The notes beneath the pieces were generated by a model that saw only the letters and a list, made by a program, of their open reading frames with translations, did no database searches and was not told the DNA's origin. 64,000 bases of DNA, taken from Negaprion brevirostris (taxonomy: Eukaryota). Made by a program: the position numbers and the translations under genes. The stretch spans positions 55,910,336-55,974,335 of the forward strand of contig JARDVH010000084.1 in assembly GCA_030324005.1 (NCBI GenBank). Reading direction: 5' to 3'. Shown one piece after another: positions 37,172-50,194 of the stretch (its first letter is position 1; each line of letters begins with the position of its first letter).

Positions 37172-37448
37172 TGTTAGAATGTAACCAATGATAACGTTGG
37201 ATCTGTTGTAGTGTGACCAATAGTAACAAGCTGTAAGGGTCAGCTGCCCCAGTAAACTATGTAACCAATAACAAAATAATTGGCTGGCTAGCTGATTCAG
37301 TATAAATAAGAATCTGCTGGGAATTGGAGGGAGTTTGAAATGGCGCAGGGTGAGGCCTCAAGTGTTGGAGTAATGAAGTTTCTTTATTAAATATTTTTCT
37401 TTGATTTTTATAAGTCGGAGTAAGTTTTGTTTTATTTTATTGCCTACA
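37172..37448 (+). mobile_element. Probable short solo LTR
   Basis: TG start, three CCAAT boxes, TATAAATA at ~37301, ATTAAA at ~37386, CA end; no convincing TSD. Confidence 0.5.
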
Positions 37449-38619
37449 ACTGAAGAGTTCCTTCTAGAGGATCAACATGGCTGGCCAGAGGAACACCAAT
37501 CCTATCCCCACCACTCAACTAATGGGCCACCATCCTCCCCGTATCTTGCCAGCACGAGGGTAACTTGACCTGACCCTTCCCCCCCTCCAATGAGACATCT
37601 TCCAACCACCCCTTCAGCCTCCTTCCCTTCTCAGACCCCCTTCCCCCTAAGACCTCTACAGCCCCCCTCAGACCACCAAGCAGCCCAACTTCAGGTCACA
37701 TGCCTTGGCAGTGGTACTCTGGCCTGGTGCCTTGCTCCCTGAGGTAGCTAAAGAAAGTGCCCATGAGCCCTCTGTTACTGCAGAGCAAGAGTCCCAAAGG
37801 GTCCTGGGAGTTGGGGGGACTTGGGTTAGGGGCAAGAGGATGAGTTTGCCATTCTCCCCCAGGATTAGAGTTGCATGGCTGGACAGCCCCTTTTAGCCCT
37901 AGCAGAGCTGAAGATCACCCTTGGGTGTTGATTTTAGGCAGCCTTGTGATCAATATTTTCATTCCTGCTTGTCAACTATGAAAATTTGAAGTGGCTTGTT
38001 TACTTTAATCTCCATGCCCCCTGGACAGTTGTCAGGCTTTTAAATCAAAGCAGTAGGGATGTCCATTTCTCTCTGCCAAAAGCTACAGGTGTGAGCAGAC
38101 CCTTTGAAGTCCTCTGACAGAGAGATGTCAATTTCACTGTGGGGAAGGTTCACTTTGCCCCAACATATTCAGTTTTTTTTAAGTCTCTGAGCCTTCCTCG
38201 AAAATTTGAAACCCTCTCTATTCCATTGAAAATCTTTACTCTCAATTTCATACTGCAGTGCTTTAAAATAGGCTTTGATTCATAGTTCAATGGATTTCTA
38301 CTCAGCTTCCAATAGGCTATGTTTATTTATCTTTCCCTTCATGCTTGAATGCATCTCAAGTACCCTCATTGTTCCTAACCACAATGTTTACAAAGACTCT
38401 AGCCTGATTGACAGTTGAGGTTTTTTCACTTCCTTTTTTGCAGACCATTTATTCCCTTTGAAGAAACCAGAGCTGTTAATCAGGCTTAAGAGTTTTTGTA
38501 AGCATTGAGGTTGGGACAACAGGGTACATTGTGTGACCTGTGTTAACAAAATGTGGGCCTGAGCTCTAATGTCAGTCAAGGGAGAAGAAAACATGCATGT
38601 GCAGGAGATTATTCTGATA

Positions 38620-39990
38620 TAAAAGCAAAATACAGCAGATGATGAGTATATGAAATAAAAGCAGAAGTTGCTGAAAGAATAGGTGAGATTTTCTGCCCCA
38701 CCCTCCCTCAAGGAGTTTTTCTTTTGGCAGAGGCAGCTTGCCATTGGCCGCTGGTGGGAATCTCTGATCCCTTCTCTGATCCCGCCAGTGTGTGTGGCAT
38801 TTTGTGTGATTCACCTGTCCCACCGCCAGGGAACCCAGCACAGGGGGTCACCTTCGACGGTACCAGAAAATCCCATTAGTGGGAAGGACTGGAAAATCTT
38901 GCCTCCAGTCTGGCAGCATCTGCAGAGAGAGCAAGTTAACACTTTGAATCTTATATGATTCTTCGCAAGAACTGAAAAGACATGGAAATGTGATGGATTG
39001 AAAAAGGGGAAAGGTCAGGTCGAACAAAAAAGATCAGGGATAGGTTAGAAGGCAGGGGACATTAAATACGAAAGATGTCATGGACCAAGAGGAAAAGGGG
39101 GTGGTAATGGTTGTGGTAAAGAAACAAAGCATAGATCCAGAGTGAGAGTTAATGGCAGAACAAAAGTCAGTTCAGTATCAAAGCAAACACAAGACAAAGA
39201 CTGGCACTCGGCAAAAAACAATTCAAAGTGGAGGACTGAATTTGTGGTCTGAAGTTGCTGAACATATTATTGAGTCCAGAAGGTAATTAGAAGATGAAGT
39301 GCTGTTCCTCCAACTTGCATTGGGCTCCACTGGAACATTGTAGCATCTAAGGGCAGAAATGTGTGCATGAGCATGATGGCAAATTAAAATGGTAAGCAGC
39401 TGGAAAGTCGGGGTTATGCTTCAAAACTGAGCTTCAAAGCAGTCACTCGGTCTGCATTTGATCACCCCAGCATAGAGGAGACTACAGTAATTACAGTACA
39501 GCAAATTGAAAGACACACAATTAAACTGCTGCTTCACCTGGGAGGAATATTTGAGGCTTCGAACAGTTAAGAGGTTGCATGGGAAGGGGCTGTGGGAAGG
39601 GAATGTGCATAGAGGAATGGATCAGAGTGATGCGGAGGAAATGGTCCCTTTGGAACGCTGACATGGGAGGAATGTTCAGTGGTGGCATTATACTGGAGGT
39701 GGCAAAAAAAGTGGAAGATGCTTCCAAGCAAGAGGGGAAGAGGTGAGGGCAGAAGTGTGGGAAATGGATCAGACACATTTGAGGGTCTTGTCAACCACAG
39801 TGGTGGGGAATCTTCAGCTGAGTAAAAAGAAAGGCAGGTCAGAAGTGCCATTGTGGAAGATAGTGTCATCAGAACAGATGCAACGTAAACTGAAAAACTG
39901 GGAAAACAGAATGTAGTCATTGCAGGAAGCAGGGTATGAGGAAGTCTAGCCAAGGACGCTGTGGGAGCTGGTGAACTTGTAATGAATACT
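38620..39990 (-). mobile_element. Decayed Penelope-like element (terminal repeat plus ORF 3' part)
   Basis: Reverse complement parallels 16786-17760 (gaagatgaagtgctgttcctccaacttgc encodes KLEEQHFIF on minus); terminal repeat split by a MITE. Confidence 0.75.
38682..38903. mobile_element. MITE inserted in a Penelope terminal repeat
   Basis: ggtgagattttc ... ggaaaatcttgcc TIRs; host sequence resumes on both sides. Confidence 0.75.
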
Positions 39991-40042
39991 TATAGGCAGG
40001 TTATCCTCAGAAATAGAAGTAGAAAAGATTGTTTTTATTTTA

Positions 40043-40261
40043 ATGACTGGCATACCCCAAAATCTTGCTGCTGTTTATGCCAGCAGGACCTTACTGTCCC
40101 AACAACAGTGTACCCCGTCATTGGTTTCCCAGCGACAAGGTGTGCATTCAATAGGAATCCCCATTGACAACACCAGGACCATAAGATTCCACTGCCAGTG
40201 AGTAGCAAGCTGTGTTCTGCCACTGTGAAATACACCATGGATGGAGAGAAAATTTCCACCC
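40043..40261. mobile_element. MITE (12213/30522 family)
   Basis: gtgcattcaataggaatccccattgac...agattccactgccagtgag core; aaatttccaccc end. Confidence 0.6.
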
Positions 40262-40374
40262 ACTGTAATCTGCAAATTTTTTTTGTTTATTCATTTTTAA
40301 AATATTTTTGATAATGGGGAGGCTGGATTTTGCACTCGTGGTGAATGCAAATTGCATTGGGCACAAATTCCCAT

Positions 40375-40870
40375 AGGAGTAAGGAAATGAGATTCTCACC
40401 GGCAAGATCTTGTCTCCTAAATTTCCCTGTCCCTCAGTGATGTCGCAACGAGGTTCCTGCCCTTTTCGATAAAGTTTAATATATGTACACATTATTAAAG
40501 TGATTCTCAGCTACATGAGCCACCCTCATTAAATACTCATTCCATTATACCACAGCTACATAAGAAGGGGAATCAGTCCAGGGGAACTCCCAACAGTGCT
40601 AACCTGTGCCGGAATAGTGCCAACCTGTGCCAGAGCAGTGCAAGGGCAGGCCCTTTGGGGAGCCCCATTGGGGTTGGTTTCCCTTATGTGTATTGGGGGG
40701 TGGGGGCGAACACCAATGCTTATGCGGAGGGGTAGGGGGAAGCAATGCTTATGAAGAAGGAGGGCAATGCCTATGAAGCAGCAGGTGATGGCTTTGAAGG
40801 AGGAGGGCGATGGCTTTGAAGGGCGAGGGGGAAAAGAGTGCCTGTGATTCTGGCACGGTGCTTGGTGGAG
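40375..40870. mobile_element. Truncated GC-rich Harbinger-like element
   Basis: gagattctcaccggcaagatc and gtgccaacctgtgcc segments similar to 28373-28965. Confidence 0.5.
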
Positions 40871-40954
40871 AAACTTAAATTCACTCTTTTTTTCTCTGTC
40901 ATTCCTCTGTTTTGCTCTTAATCCTTAAATTTCATTAATTATGAAATTCTCTGT

Positions 40955-41535
40955 TCACCTGCCGCTAAAACACTCATTCGTACTTTCATTACTTTTAGAT
41001 TTGACTAGTCCAAAATACTCTCGGCTGGTCTCCCACATTCTATGCTCTGGGAACCTGAGGTCCAAAACTCTGCTGTCTATGTTGTGAATCCCATTCATCT
41101 GAGACCCTGTGCACGTTGACCTAGATTGGCTCCAGTTCAAGCAAAGTCTTGATTTTAAGATTCTCATCCTTGTTTTCAAATCCCTCCATGGCCTTGCCCT
41201 TTCCTAATTCTTTAATCTCCTCCAGCTCCACACTTCTCACAGATGTTTGCACTCCTCTAATTCTGGCTGCTTGTGCATCTATGATTATAGTTGCTCCATC
41301 ATCAGTTATACCTTCAGCGGCCTAGGCTCTAGGCCTTGGAATTCCCTCTTTATACCTCTTCACTTCTCTACCCTGCTTTTCTCCTTTATGACACTCCTTA
41401 AAATCTAACTCTTTGACCAAACTTTTGGTCATCTTATCTAATTGTGTGGCTCAGTGTCATACTTTGTTTCATAATGCTCCTGTGACGTACCTTGGGATGT
41501 TTTATTGCATTCAAGGTGCTATATTAAGATAAGTG
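40955..41535 (+). mobile_element. L2 LINE 3' remnant
   Basis: AAKTLIRTFITFRFD*SKILSAGLP ... DFKILILVFKSLHGLA (L2 ORF2 C-terminus) and L2-type tail ctgtgacgtaccttgggatgtttt. Confidence 0.85.
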
Positions 41536-42609
41536 AACAGACTGTTGGTCACAGATGAAGAGATGCCCCCTTCTCTATTAACTTGCAATTTGGAAGGCAA
41601 AAATATTTCTTGCTCAAAAGAAAAAGTCAAACCCTACTCCAAAAAGTCAACCCTACTCCACCAAAATCTAGACCATTGTTTCCTTTGCTATAAATATATC
41701 TATAAACAAGATGCCTGATTTAAAACTTCAGAGGAGCAGTTCCTGCTACATTAGGGTGACATTTTCATTTTTCCACCCAATTGTCTTGTGATCTCTATGA
41801 CCAAGACTAATTCTATACTTTCTGACAGGTAGTTTTGTGTTTTGGTCCACAACCATAATGAACTGAGTTGAGATTGCTATAGATTCATTGGGCTTGAATC
41901 TTTGTAACCAACAAAGAAAGGAAACTTTTATTCCATCATTGTGGTGTGTATCAAACAAAGGTCCAGGGATTAAATTGATAGTTACCCATTGCACTAATCA
42001 ACACAAGTTTCAATTGTTTCCTTCAGTTATGAATCATTTTCTTTTCCTCATAATCAAAGAAGTGTAGTTCCCTTTACATTGCAGAGCAGTCACCTTCTCA
42101 TTATATTAATGATTCAGTTCTACATCCTAAACTCTGTAATCACAGGGTTTCTGTAAGTGAGATTAAATCCAGTGAATTCAAAAAGTGAGCACAGTTTGGT
42201 ATGATGCAAAGTATGTTTCCAATGTAAATTACTATCAAAACTTCAGAGAACAACATTACAGAATGAGAAAAAAGATTGGAAGCACATTCGTTATTGTACA
42301 GTATAGGCTTTTAAGAGCCATTGTACGAGTCTGTTTTATGATGATGATTCATGTTAGTGCAATCCTCAATCTTGCACAGCACTCAATCAATAGTTTAATC
42401 TGGTAAATGTTTTTCAGATGAAATACTCAGTGGCTCAGTAAGTGAACACATCACCCATTATGTTACTGGGCCAAACATGCCAAGAAGGCTCTAGGCTAAA
42501 TCCCTGGTCAATGTTGTGTTGGCTGTTCCCAGCCAAAGTAAAATTGGATGTGCTACAATTGGTCTTAGCACTCACCACTGGGGAAAGTTCTATCTCCAAG
42601 TTACTAGCC

Positions 42610-44277
42610 AGTGATGAATCTGAGAAAGGGTGTGTAGACAGTTTGAGTCACGTTGAGATCAAAAAGGAGGAGGTATTGGGGTTCTTGAGAAACATTAAAG
42701 CAGCTAAGTCCCAGGACCCGATGAGATATACCCCAAAATACTGAAAAAAGGCAAGGGAGTAAATTGCTGGGGCCTTGAGAGAAATGTTTGTATCTTCACT
42801 GGATATAGGGGAGGTCCCAGAGGATTGGAGAACAACCAATGTTGTCCCTTTGAGAAGGCTAGCAAGAGTAATTCCGATAATTACAGGCCAGTGAGCCTTA
42901 CATCAGTGGTAAGGAAATTATTGAACAGAATTCTTTCAGACAGAATTTACTCCCACTTGGAAATAAGTGGACGTATTAGCGAGAGACAACATGGTTTTGT
43001 GATGGGGAGGTCGTGTCTCACTAACTTGATCGAGTTTTTCGAGGTAGTGACGAAGATGATTAATAAGGGTAGGCAATGCATGTTGTCTACATGGGCTTCA
43101 GTACGGTCTTTGACAAGGTCCCTCATGGCAGATTGGCGCAGAAGGTGAAGTTGCATGGGATCAGAAATGAGCTGGCAAGGTGGATACAGAACTGGCTCAG
43201 TCACAGAAGACAAAGGGTAGCAGTAGAAGGGTGCATTCCTGGATGGCGGGCTGTGACAAGTTACACTCCTCAGGGATCAGTGCTGGGACCTTTGCTGTTC
43301 ATAATATATATAAATGACTCAGAGGAAAATGTAACTGGCTTGATTAGTAAGTTTGCAGATGACACAAAGGTTGGTGGATTTGCGGATTGCAATGAGGACC
43401 ATCAGAGGATACAGCAGGATATAGATCAGTTGGAGGCTTGGTTGGAGAAATGGCAGATGGAGTTTAATCCAGACAAATGTAAATAATGCATTTTGGAAAC
43501 TTTAATAAAGATAGGAAATATACAGTAAATGGCAGAGTATGGATTAAGAGTATTGATAGGCAGAAGGATCTGGATGTACAGGTACACAGGTCACTGAAAG
43601 TGGCAATACAGGTGGAGAAGGTAGTCAAGAAGNNNNNNNNNNNNNNNNNNNNNNNNNNNNNNNNNNNNNNNNNNNNNNNNNNNNNNNNNNNNNNNNNNNN
43701 NNNNNNNNNNNNNNNNNNNNNNNNNNNNNNNNNNNNNNNNNNNNNNNNNNNNNNNNNNNNNNNNNNNNNNNNNNNNNNNNNNNNGGATACAGAAAAGATT
43801 TACCAGGATGTTGCCTGGCATGGCGGGCATTAGCTATGAGGAGAAGTTGGAGAAACTTGGTTTGCTCTCACTGGGCTTGACAGAGGTTAAGGAGCAACCT
43901 GATAGAAGTATACAAGATTATGAGAGGCATGGACAAAGTGGATAGTCAGAAGCTTTTTCCCAAGGTGGAAGAATCAATTATTAGGGGGCATAGGTTTAAG
44001 ATGCAAGGAGCAAGGTTTAAAGGACATGTACAAAGCAAGTTTTTTACACAGAGGGTGGTGGGTGCCTGGAACTCGCTGTCGGGGCAGGTAGTAGAAGCAG
44101 GTACAATAGTGAGTTTTCAGGGGCATCTCGACAAATACGTGAATAGGATGGGAATAGAGGGATACGGTCCCTGGAAGGGTAGGGAGTTTTAGTTCAATCA
44201 GGCAGTATGGTTGTGCAGGCTTTGAGAGCCGAAGGGCCTGTTCATGTGCTATAATTTTCTTTGTTCTTTGTTCTTTA
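42610..44277 (+). mobile_element. 5'-truncated CR1 (HER1-like) LINE with complete 3' end
   Basis: NYRPVSLTSVV, QHGFVMGRSCLTNLIEFFE, FDKVPHGRL, PQGSVLGPLLF, KFADDTKVGG, WQMEFNPDKC, FFTQRVVGAWNSL; tail (ttctttg)n. Confidence 0.95.
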
Positions 44278-45258
44278 TTCAGTAACCCCTGAAGTAAAGG
44301 GAGTAGAGAGGATAGGCATAGGCTTGGCCTAACTTATCTCACGATGGTCAGATGGCCTGCTGGCAATCACTGTCTGAATTTGCACATGAAAAATGTCACT
44401 TGGGTGAAAATACCAGAGGGTTGCTGCCATCCATGGAACTGTACTCCTGGAAGAGTATCCGTATCATGGAGTGTGGTAGAGAGGAATGAAAAGGAGGGGA
44501 GTCGAAAGAGGAGTAATGATGAGAGGAGAGAGGACATGAACTGAGTGAATAGGAAAAGAGGGGAGGGAGGAAATGTGGAGGCAAGAGATGAGAGGGGGAG
44601 AGGAGAACAGTGGAGAGAATCTGAGCTGTGAAAAAACATCTTTCCAAATCACATAAATAAGTAACTGATATCTTAATGTTTTGAATATTGCTCCTAAGAA
44701 ACAAGCACTAAAATCTCATACTTTATCTTAATAAAGCTCTTTGGCACCTACAAACTACATGATGCAGTCTGGTGTGTAATAGTTTACTTTCCCTACAATT
44801 GCGTTTGTCTATTTTTCCATACTATTAGAGCATGCACTCCATGTCACCAATGAGTTGGCATTTGCTTTCCTGCACTTCTTAAGGTGCACATTTACAGCAG
44901 TAGTTCATAAATTTGCTGCTCACTTGTCCAACAGGATATACATTACTTCCAAACTTAAACGTGAAACTGCATTACTGAAAGGAAACTCTCATATTGCAAT
45001 CCAAGGATTAAAATGGAAGTTGAGCTAATCAGTTCCTGCTGGAGCTTGTCTTCAGCTACATATGTACCTAAATAGAGCATAATCTCAATAAACATGTTTA
45101 TCTTCCAATAATTTCAGTTTGTATTGTGTGGTTTGCAGCAATTTCCAACAAATTGACCATGGCTACTGCAGCTATATATATTTCTTTTGCATTTAAATGT
45201 TACTGGGGACAGTATACACTCCCAAATAGTTGTCATAATTCCTGGAAGGACCCCTTAC

Positions 45259-45626
45259 CTTTATTGTTGTGATTCTTGATGAGGAAGCAATGNNNNNNNN
45301 NNNNNNNNNTCTGCGTCTTATTTGGGATTTGGAACTCCTCCAGTACATCTTGTCCCTTGGGACTTACGCACAGTAAATGAATCGCATCTCCTGTCAGCGT
45401 CCTTTGGGGTACAACACCAGCTTGGTTGTTGTTGCAAGGCTTTTTATTTCCACTGGGAGAAGAATTTTCTGAAACCATGCTAAGAGTTTTATTGCTTGCT
45501 GAAGAAGTCATTCTCGAATAATCCCTCAATGCAGGCATTCGGTGTCCATTGATCATCCCAAAGGCTTGGGATGCAGTATTCCCACTGTGCATATTCTGAT
45601 CCTTTTAAGCCTTCACAGCATAACTC
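45259..45626 (-). pseudogene. Candidate exon with an open ~111-codon frame (possibly extends to ~46151)
   Basis: Acceptor tttttgatAG|GAG, consensus donor AAG|GTAAGG; MHSGNTASQAFG...SENSSPSGNKKPCNNNQAG open from ATG 45592 to the donor across a short N run, with an in-frame TAA just upstream of the ATG. Confidence 0.5.
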
Positions 45627-46759
45627 CTATCAAAAATATATTTGGAAAAGATGTTTAAATAGTGTATCTTTCAAAAAAGGAATATTAGCAAATGCAACAT
45701 GTCTGAACAAACAGATCTTAAACTTTTCCCTTTTCCCCTGCCCTGTCCCCAAAGTGAGCTGAATTCTGCTGGAGTACGATTCCAAATGTACCTTGGTACA
45801 AGTAACTGATCTTCACCTGTGAGTCAGGAGGTAAGCATCTTTCAACTACTTCACCATATGAGGTGTCAGAGCTAAACTTAACTCTGTTCCCAACCCAACA
45901 CCCACAGACCACATTTTCTAAATAGGGTAACTGGACAGCAATCAGGAACAGAGCAGACCATCTCTCCACATTATGGGCATTTTCACAGTGTTGCAACTCC
46001 TGGAAGCTTTAGCTTTGTTTAGGATCTGTGAAAGGCATTGGTTCGGAGTTGCAATCCACAGTTCCTCATTAATTCTGGACTTTATCCACTAAAATTATAT
46101 CCTTGAGTTGATCCTACACAGTGCTCTTTTTTCATATTGATAGGGGCAATCCTATAACTGAGCTCTGAGGTGAATGTTTTTCTTTATTTGTTCATGGGAT
46201 GTGGGCATTGCAGGCTGGGCATGCCCATTCCTGAGGTCATCCAGAGACACCCATTTATCTTTCTGGAATGCACCCCGCAACATACTTCTTGTTTTTAAGA
46301 AGTGTGTTGCATAGGTTGTGTGGTAGTAGAGCTGTGGGATTTTTATCCGTCTTCTCATTTTATAATCCTGGCATACATAGTAGGGGATTTTCTCACTTGA
46401 GGTCCTTTAGTACAATCATGGTTAAAATGAGTAGAGTCACTTCAGGGACGTGTTTAATTATGGAGGTATCTTCACAGCAAATGAGGAAACCACCTCCCTC
46501 CCCCATAGAACTTATGGGCTTGCGTATTTTTTGTGCTTTAGTTGCTTTAGGGTAATAGAATCTCTCATTAACTCCTGTATGCTACAAACAGGCTATATCT
46601 CCCGGAAAAATACTTGTATTGCATCGTTGGCACCTCCACGGTGGCTAGGATGGTGAAAATATCCTTTGGTGCACACCCTAGCATGGTGCAAAAATCTTTG
46701 GTGGTTTAACTGCCATTTTGGCTGTGCTGGTAACCTAAATTTTTTGTGGTTGAATAGGC

Positions 46760-49482
46760 AATGACAGTAGCTACTTTAAAGATTTGCTCCTGGAATGTGT
46801 GGAGAATTCATCACTCTTTTAAGAGAAAGAAGATTTTGTCTCTTTTTAAAAAGGAGGAAGTTGACATGGCTGTGTTGCAGGAAACTCATCTGGCTGACAG
46901 TGGGCATCTCAAACTCAAGAGGGACTGGGTGGGCCAACAGTCGAGGAGTTGTGTTATTGGTTATTGAGAATCTGCCTTTTAGTTTAGGAAGCTGCGTTTA
47001 AGACAAAGGAGGTAGGTATGTAGTTGTTAAGGGGCTGGTATATGGGGAGAATGTGATGATAACGAATGTCTAGAGTCCTCCTACTTGTTTGCTGAACTGA
47101 CATCCAATTACTCATTTCTTGATGGTGACTTTAATTGATATCTTAATTCGCTAATTGACAAACTTCCTGTTGCAAGGATCCCTTCTATGCAGCAAGCTGG
47201 GACATTGGCTTTGGCTTGTCAAGAGGTAGGTTATTGGGATGTGTGGAGAACTCTGAATCCAATGATAAAAGTTCACTTTTTTTTCAGTCCCTCATCTGTG
47301 TCATGCCAGCATTGACTATTTCTTTCTGCCAAATATGAACCTGCGTTCAGTAGCCTCTTGTATTATAGGCAGTACTTTGATCTCTGGCCACGCTTAACTC
47401 TCTTGACAATTTCTTCTTAAGGGGGCCCACCCTTGGTCCAGGTCCTCCAATGGAAGCCATTAGACATGATCCCTATGTGTATGGCTTGTCTAGTGGAGGT
47501 AGGCAGCATAAAATTTCACTTTATGTGGATATGTTGCTGTTTGTTTCAGAGCCGAGTGTTTCTGATCCTGCTATTATTGACTTGGTAGCTAGATTTAGTC
47601 TTTTCTTGGCCTATAAGATTAACTTCATGAAATTGGAGGCTATGTCCCTGGGCAAGTTAAAGGATCGACCCTCTCTGTCTTCTCGTTTTTCCTTCAGATG
47701 GTCCCCATCAGGGTTTACTTATGTAAATGTTCGTATTCCCTGGTTTTCCGCAGTTATATAAGGTAAAACTTTCTTCATTACTGTCCTCTATTAAGTGAAA
47801 CCTACACTATTGGTCATCTTTACCGGTGGTTGAATAGAATTGCTTTGATTAAGATAAATGTGTTACCTAGGCTACCTAATCCTTTGCAAATGCTAGCTAT
47901 CCTGTTGTCTGCTAAGGTCCTTAAAGAAATTTATGGGTCACTCAAGTTCTTTTGTTTGGAACAAGAAGAGACTTAATTTAAAATTAGCTAAGCTGCAGTT
48001 GCCTGATTCAAGAGGGCTAGGAATGCCAAGTAATAAGCTGTATTGGTTAGCTTCCCACTTCAGATTTATGCATGAATGGGTTAAGGGAGACCGTTCCTCC
48101 ATATTGCCTGATGTTGGAGTTAATCATTCCTTGTATTCCTGAAAATCACTTTTATTTCTTAGGGATCCTAAGGTGGTACTAAATTAGTGTGATAATCCTA
48201 TTGTTATTAACACTGTGAAGGTTTGGAGGCTATCTATGAGTTGGGGGGAGATCTAATTTAACTTTTACTCTTTCTCCCATTCAAGGTAATCCAGATTTCC
48301 CACCTGATATTATAAACCTTAGTTTCGATATTTGGAGTGACAGAGATCTCTGTAGACTAGGTGATGCACTTGACTGTGCTACCCTGTTATCTTTTGAGCA
48401 GCTACATCAGCAGTTTGATATTCCAAAATACTTCCTTTTTAGATACTTGCCACTGAGGGATTTTATCCTTAATAAGACAACTTTTTGATACTAAGATTTC
48501 CCCAGTGGAAAACATCTTGCTATTTGTGGAGCCTAGGCATTTAGATAAATTTTATGACACCCTATGTTCTAGATTGTGTGAAAATATATTGGACGCAGTG
48601 TGATTTTAGGACAGAGACCTTGAAGTAAATATTTATGAGGAGACATGGGGTGAACCTGGGAATGTGCCAAGAAATTTTCAGTTTATAATAGAACAAAAGA
48701 AACTCAATTTAAGATATTGCACCATCTCTATATTACCCCAAGCTTGTGGCACAGCTTTGACCTGGCCATATCTTCACTGTGCCAGAAATGGAAGGTGGAC
48801 ACAGGGGGATTATCTGCATTGTTTTGGTCCTCTATCAAGATTAAAGCATTCTTGTTTAATGTTCTTAAAGACTCTGAGAGGATCTTTGATATGTCCATAG
48901 AGTTCAATCTCTTGTATCTGATATTGGGTCTCCCAGACAAAGATATTAATGATGTGAATGGGAAAAGGCTATACAATATCCTAACATCTACAGCATGGAA
49001 GAATATCCTTTGTTCATGGATTAGCAATAAGTTCCCTTCAATTCATAATGGGTATAAAATCATTCTGGAATGTGTACCAGTGGAATTCTTCACTTGTTTA
49101 CTTTGAGCTAAACTGGATACATTCCATAAGGTATGAGACCCTCACCTTAAAGTTATGGGTTCTGCATTGTCTAATGTGTCCCTACAAAGTTTCCTATATG
49201 TTCTGTTGATCTGTCGCCGTTATCCTGTACGCACCGCTGAACCAATTGTGGCTGTATCCTATTATCCCAATATCCCCCCAATCCTTCGATATATCCTTTC
49301 CTTACTTATATGATGGGAGGCGCTGGGGACAACGAATAATCCAAAACAACTAATTTTTTTCTGTCTCTTTTTACATGTATGTACTTGTTTGAAAATGATC
49401 TTGCTGTACTGTACCCATTTTTGATAGTTTATCGTGTTATTTGTAAAAAAAAGGAAAAATATTCAATAAAAATATATTTTAA
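46760..49482 (+). mobile_element. Decayed L1/Tx1-clade LINE ORF2 with large internal deletion
   Basis: APE motifs SWNV..KRKKIL..LQETHL, DKGGRYVVVKG and DVWRTLNP; jump to RT C-terminal HKISLYVDML and YKINF; C-terminal HHLYITP..CQKW..LFWS; AATAAA at ~49465. Confidence 0.9.
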
Positions 49483-49895
49483 AAAGTATAAATGCAAAAT
49501 AATAATAATATTAAACAATCCTGCAGCACTGTCACTTCCACATCAAAGGAACATCTGTCTTTCTGAATTTTTTTACATTTATACCATAAAATTGAATAGT
49601 TCCAGAAGTTAACATTTGGACTTCAACACTTCAATTCTTAACTGCTTCTATAATCTCAGACAACAGCAAATATTTACATATCACTCCTCACATGAACAAA
49701 AGAAAGTTATAACTAACCCTACTAAACATAACAGTATTCAGTGTTGAACTGATAGTTCGTATGAGTGCTTAAAAGTGATTTATGAGATGGATTCATCCCC
49801 CCTTCCCATCAGTGGCTCAGTAAAATAATGTCCAAACTTGCATAGTATTAAGCAAATGGAGACCCAACCCACACAAGGCTGATGCATTTTCAACA

Positions 49896-50193
49896 CAGGT
49901 GACACAATGGTTAGCGCTACTGCTCACAGTGCCAGGGATCAGTGTTCAATTCCGGCCTTAGGTCACTGTCTGTGTAGAGTTTGCACATTCTCCCCATGTC
50001 TGCGAGGGTTACCCCCCATGTGCTCTGGTTTCTTTCTACAGTCCAAAGATACGCAGGTTAGGTTGACTGGCCATGATAAATTTCCCACAGTGTCAGGGGG
50101 ACTAGCAGGGTAGGCACAAGGGGTTACAGGTTGTTGGTGCAGGTTCAACGGGCCAAATGGCCTCCTTCAGCACTGTATGGAATCTATGATTCT
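49896..50193 (+). mobile_element. HE1/V-SINE-like SINE
   Basis: tggttagcgctactgctcacagtgccaggg..gttcaattccgg head, V-domain, ctatgattct tail. Confidence 0.88.
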
Positions 50194-50194
50194 A

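Larger units (their letters stand above)
35355..42150 (-). pseudogene. Candidate giant pseudo-exon fragmented by TE insertions
   Basis: Acceptor ctcacttacAG|AAA at 42150, consensus donor GTG|GTAAGT at 35355; acidic fragments EEGVSVEPSKQFQAVVEACWMNEETQSCSKFEINDISCTPIEG and AEIFDVKKEQSGEDDRPF. Confidence 0.45.

Noticed and set aside
41621-41661. Local ~20-bp tandem duplication aaaaagtcaa(a)ccctactcc
   Set aside because: Simple slippage duplication in neutral DNA; similar cases at 10340-10359 and 27524-27570
42825-44192. Reverse transcriptase ORFs as a functional gene or retron-like system
   Set aside because: Ordinary frameshifted, 5'-truncated CR1 LINE
44480-44625. Purine-rich GA tract with ORFs on both strands
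   Set aside because: Low-complexity sequence with no coding or structural evidence
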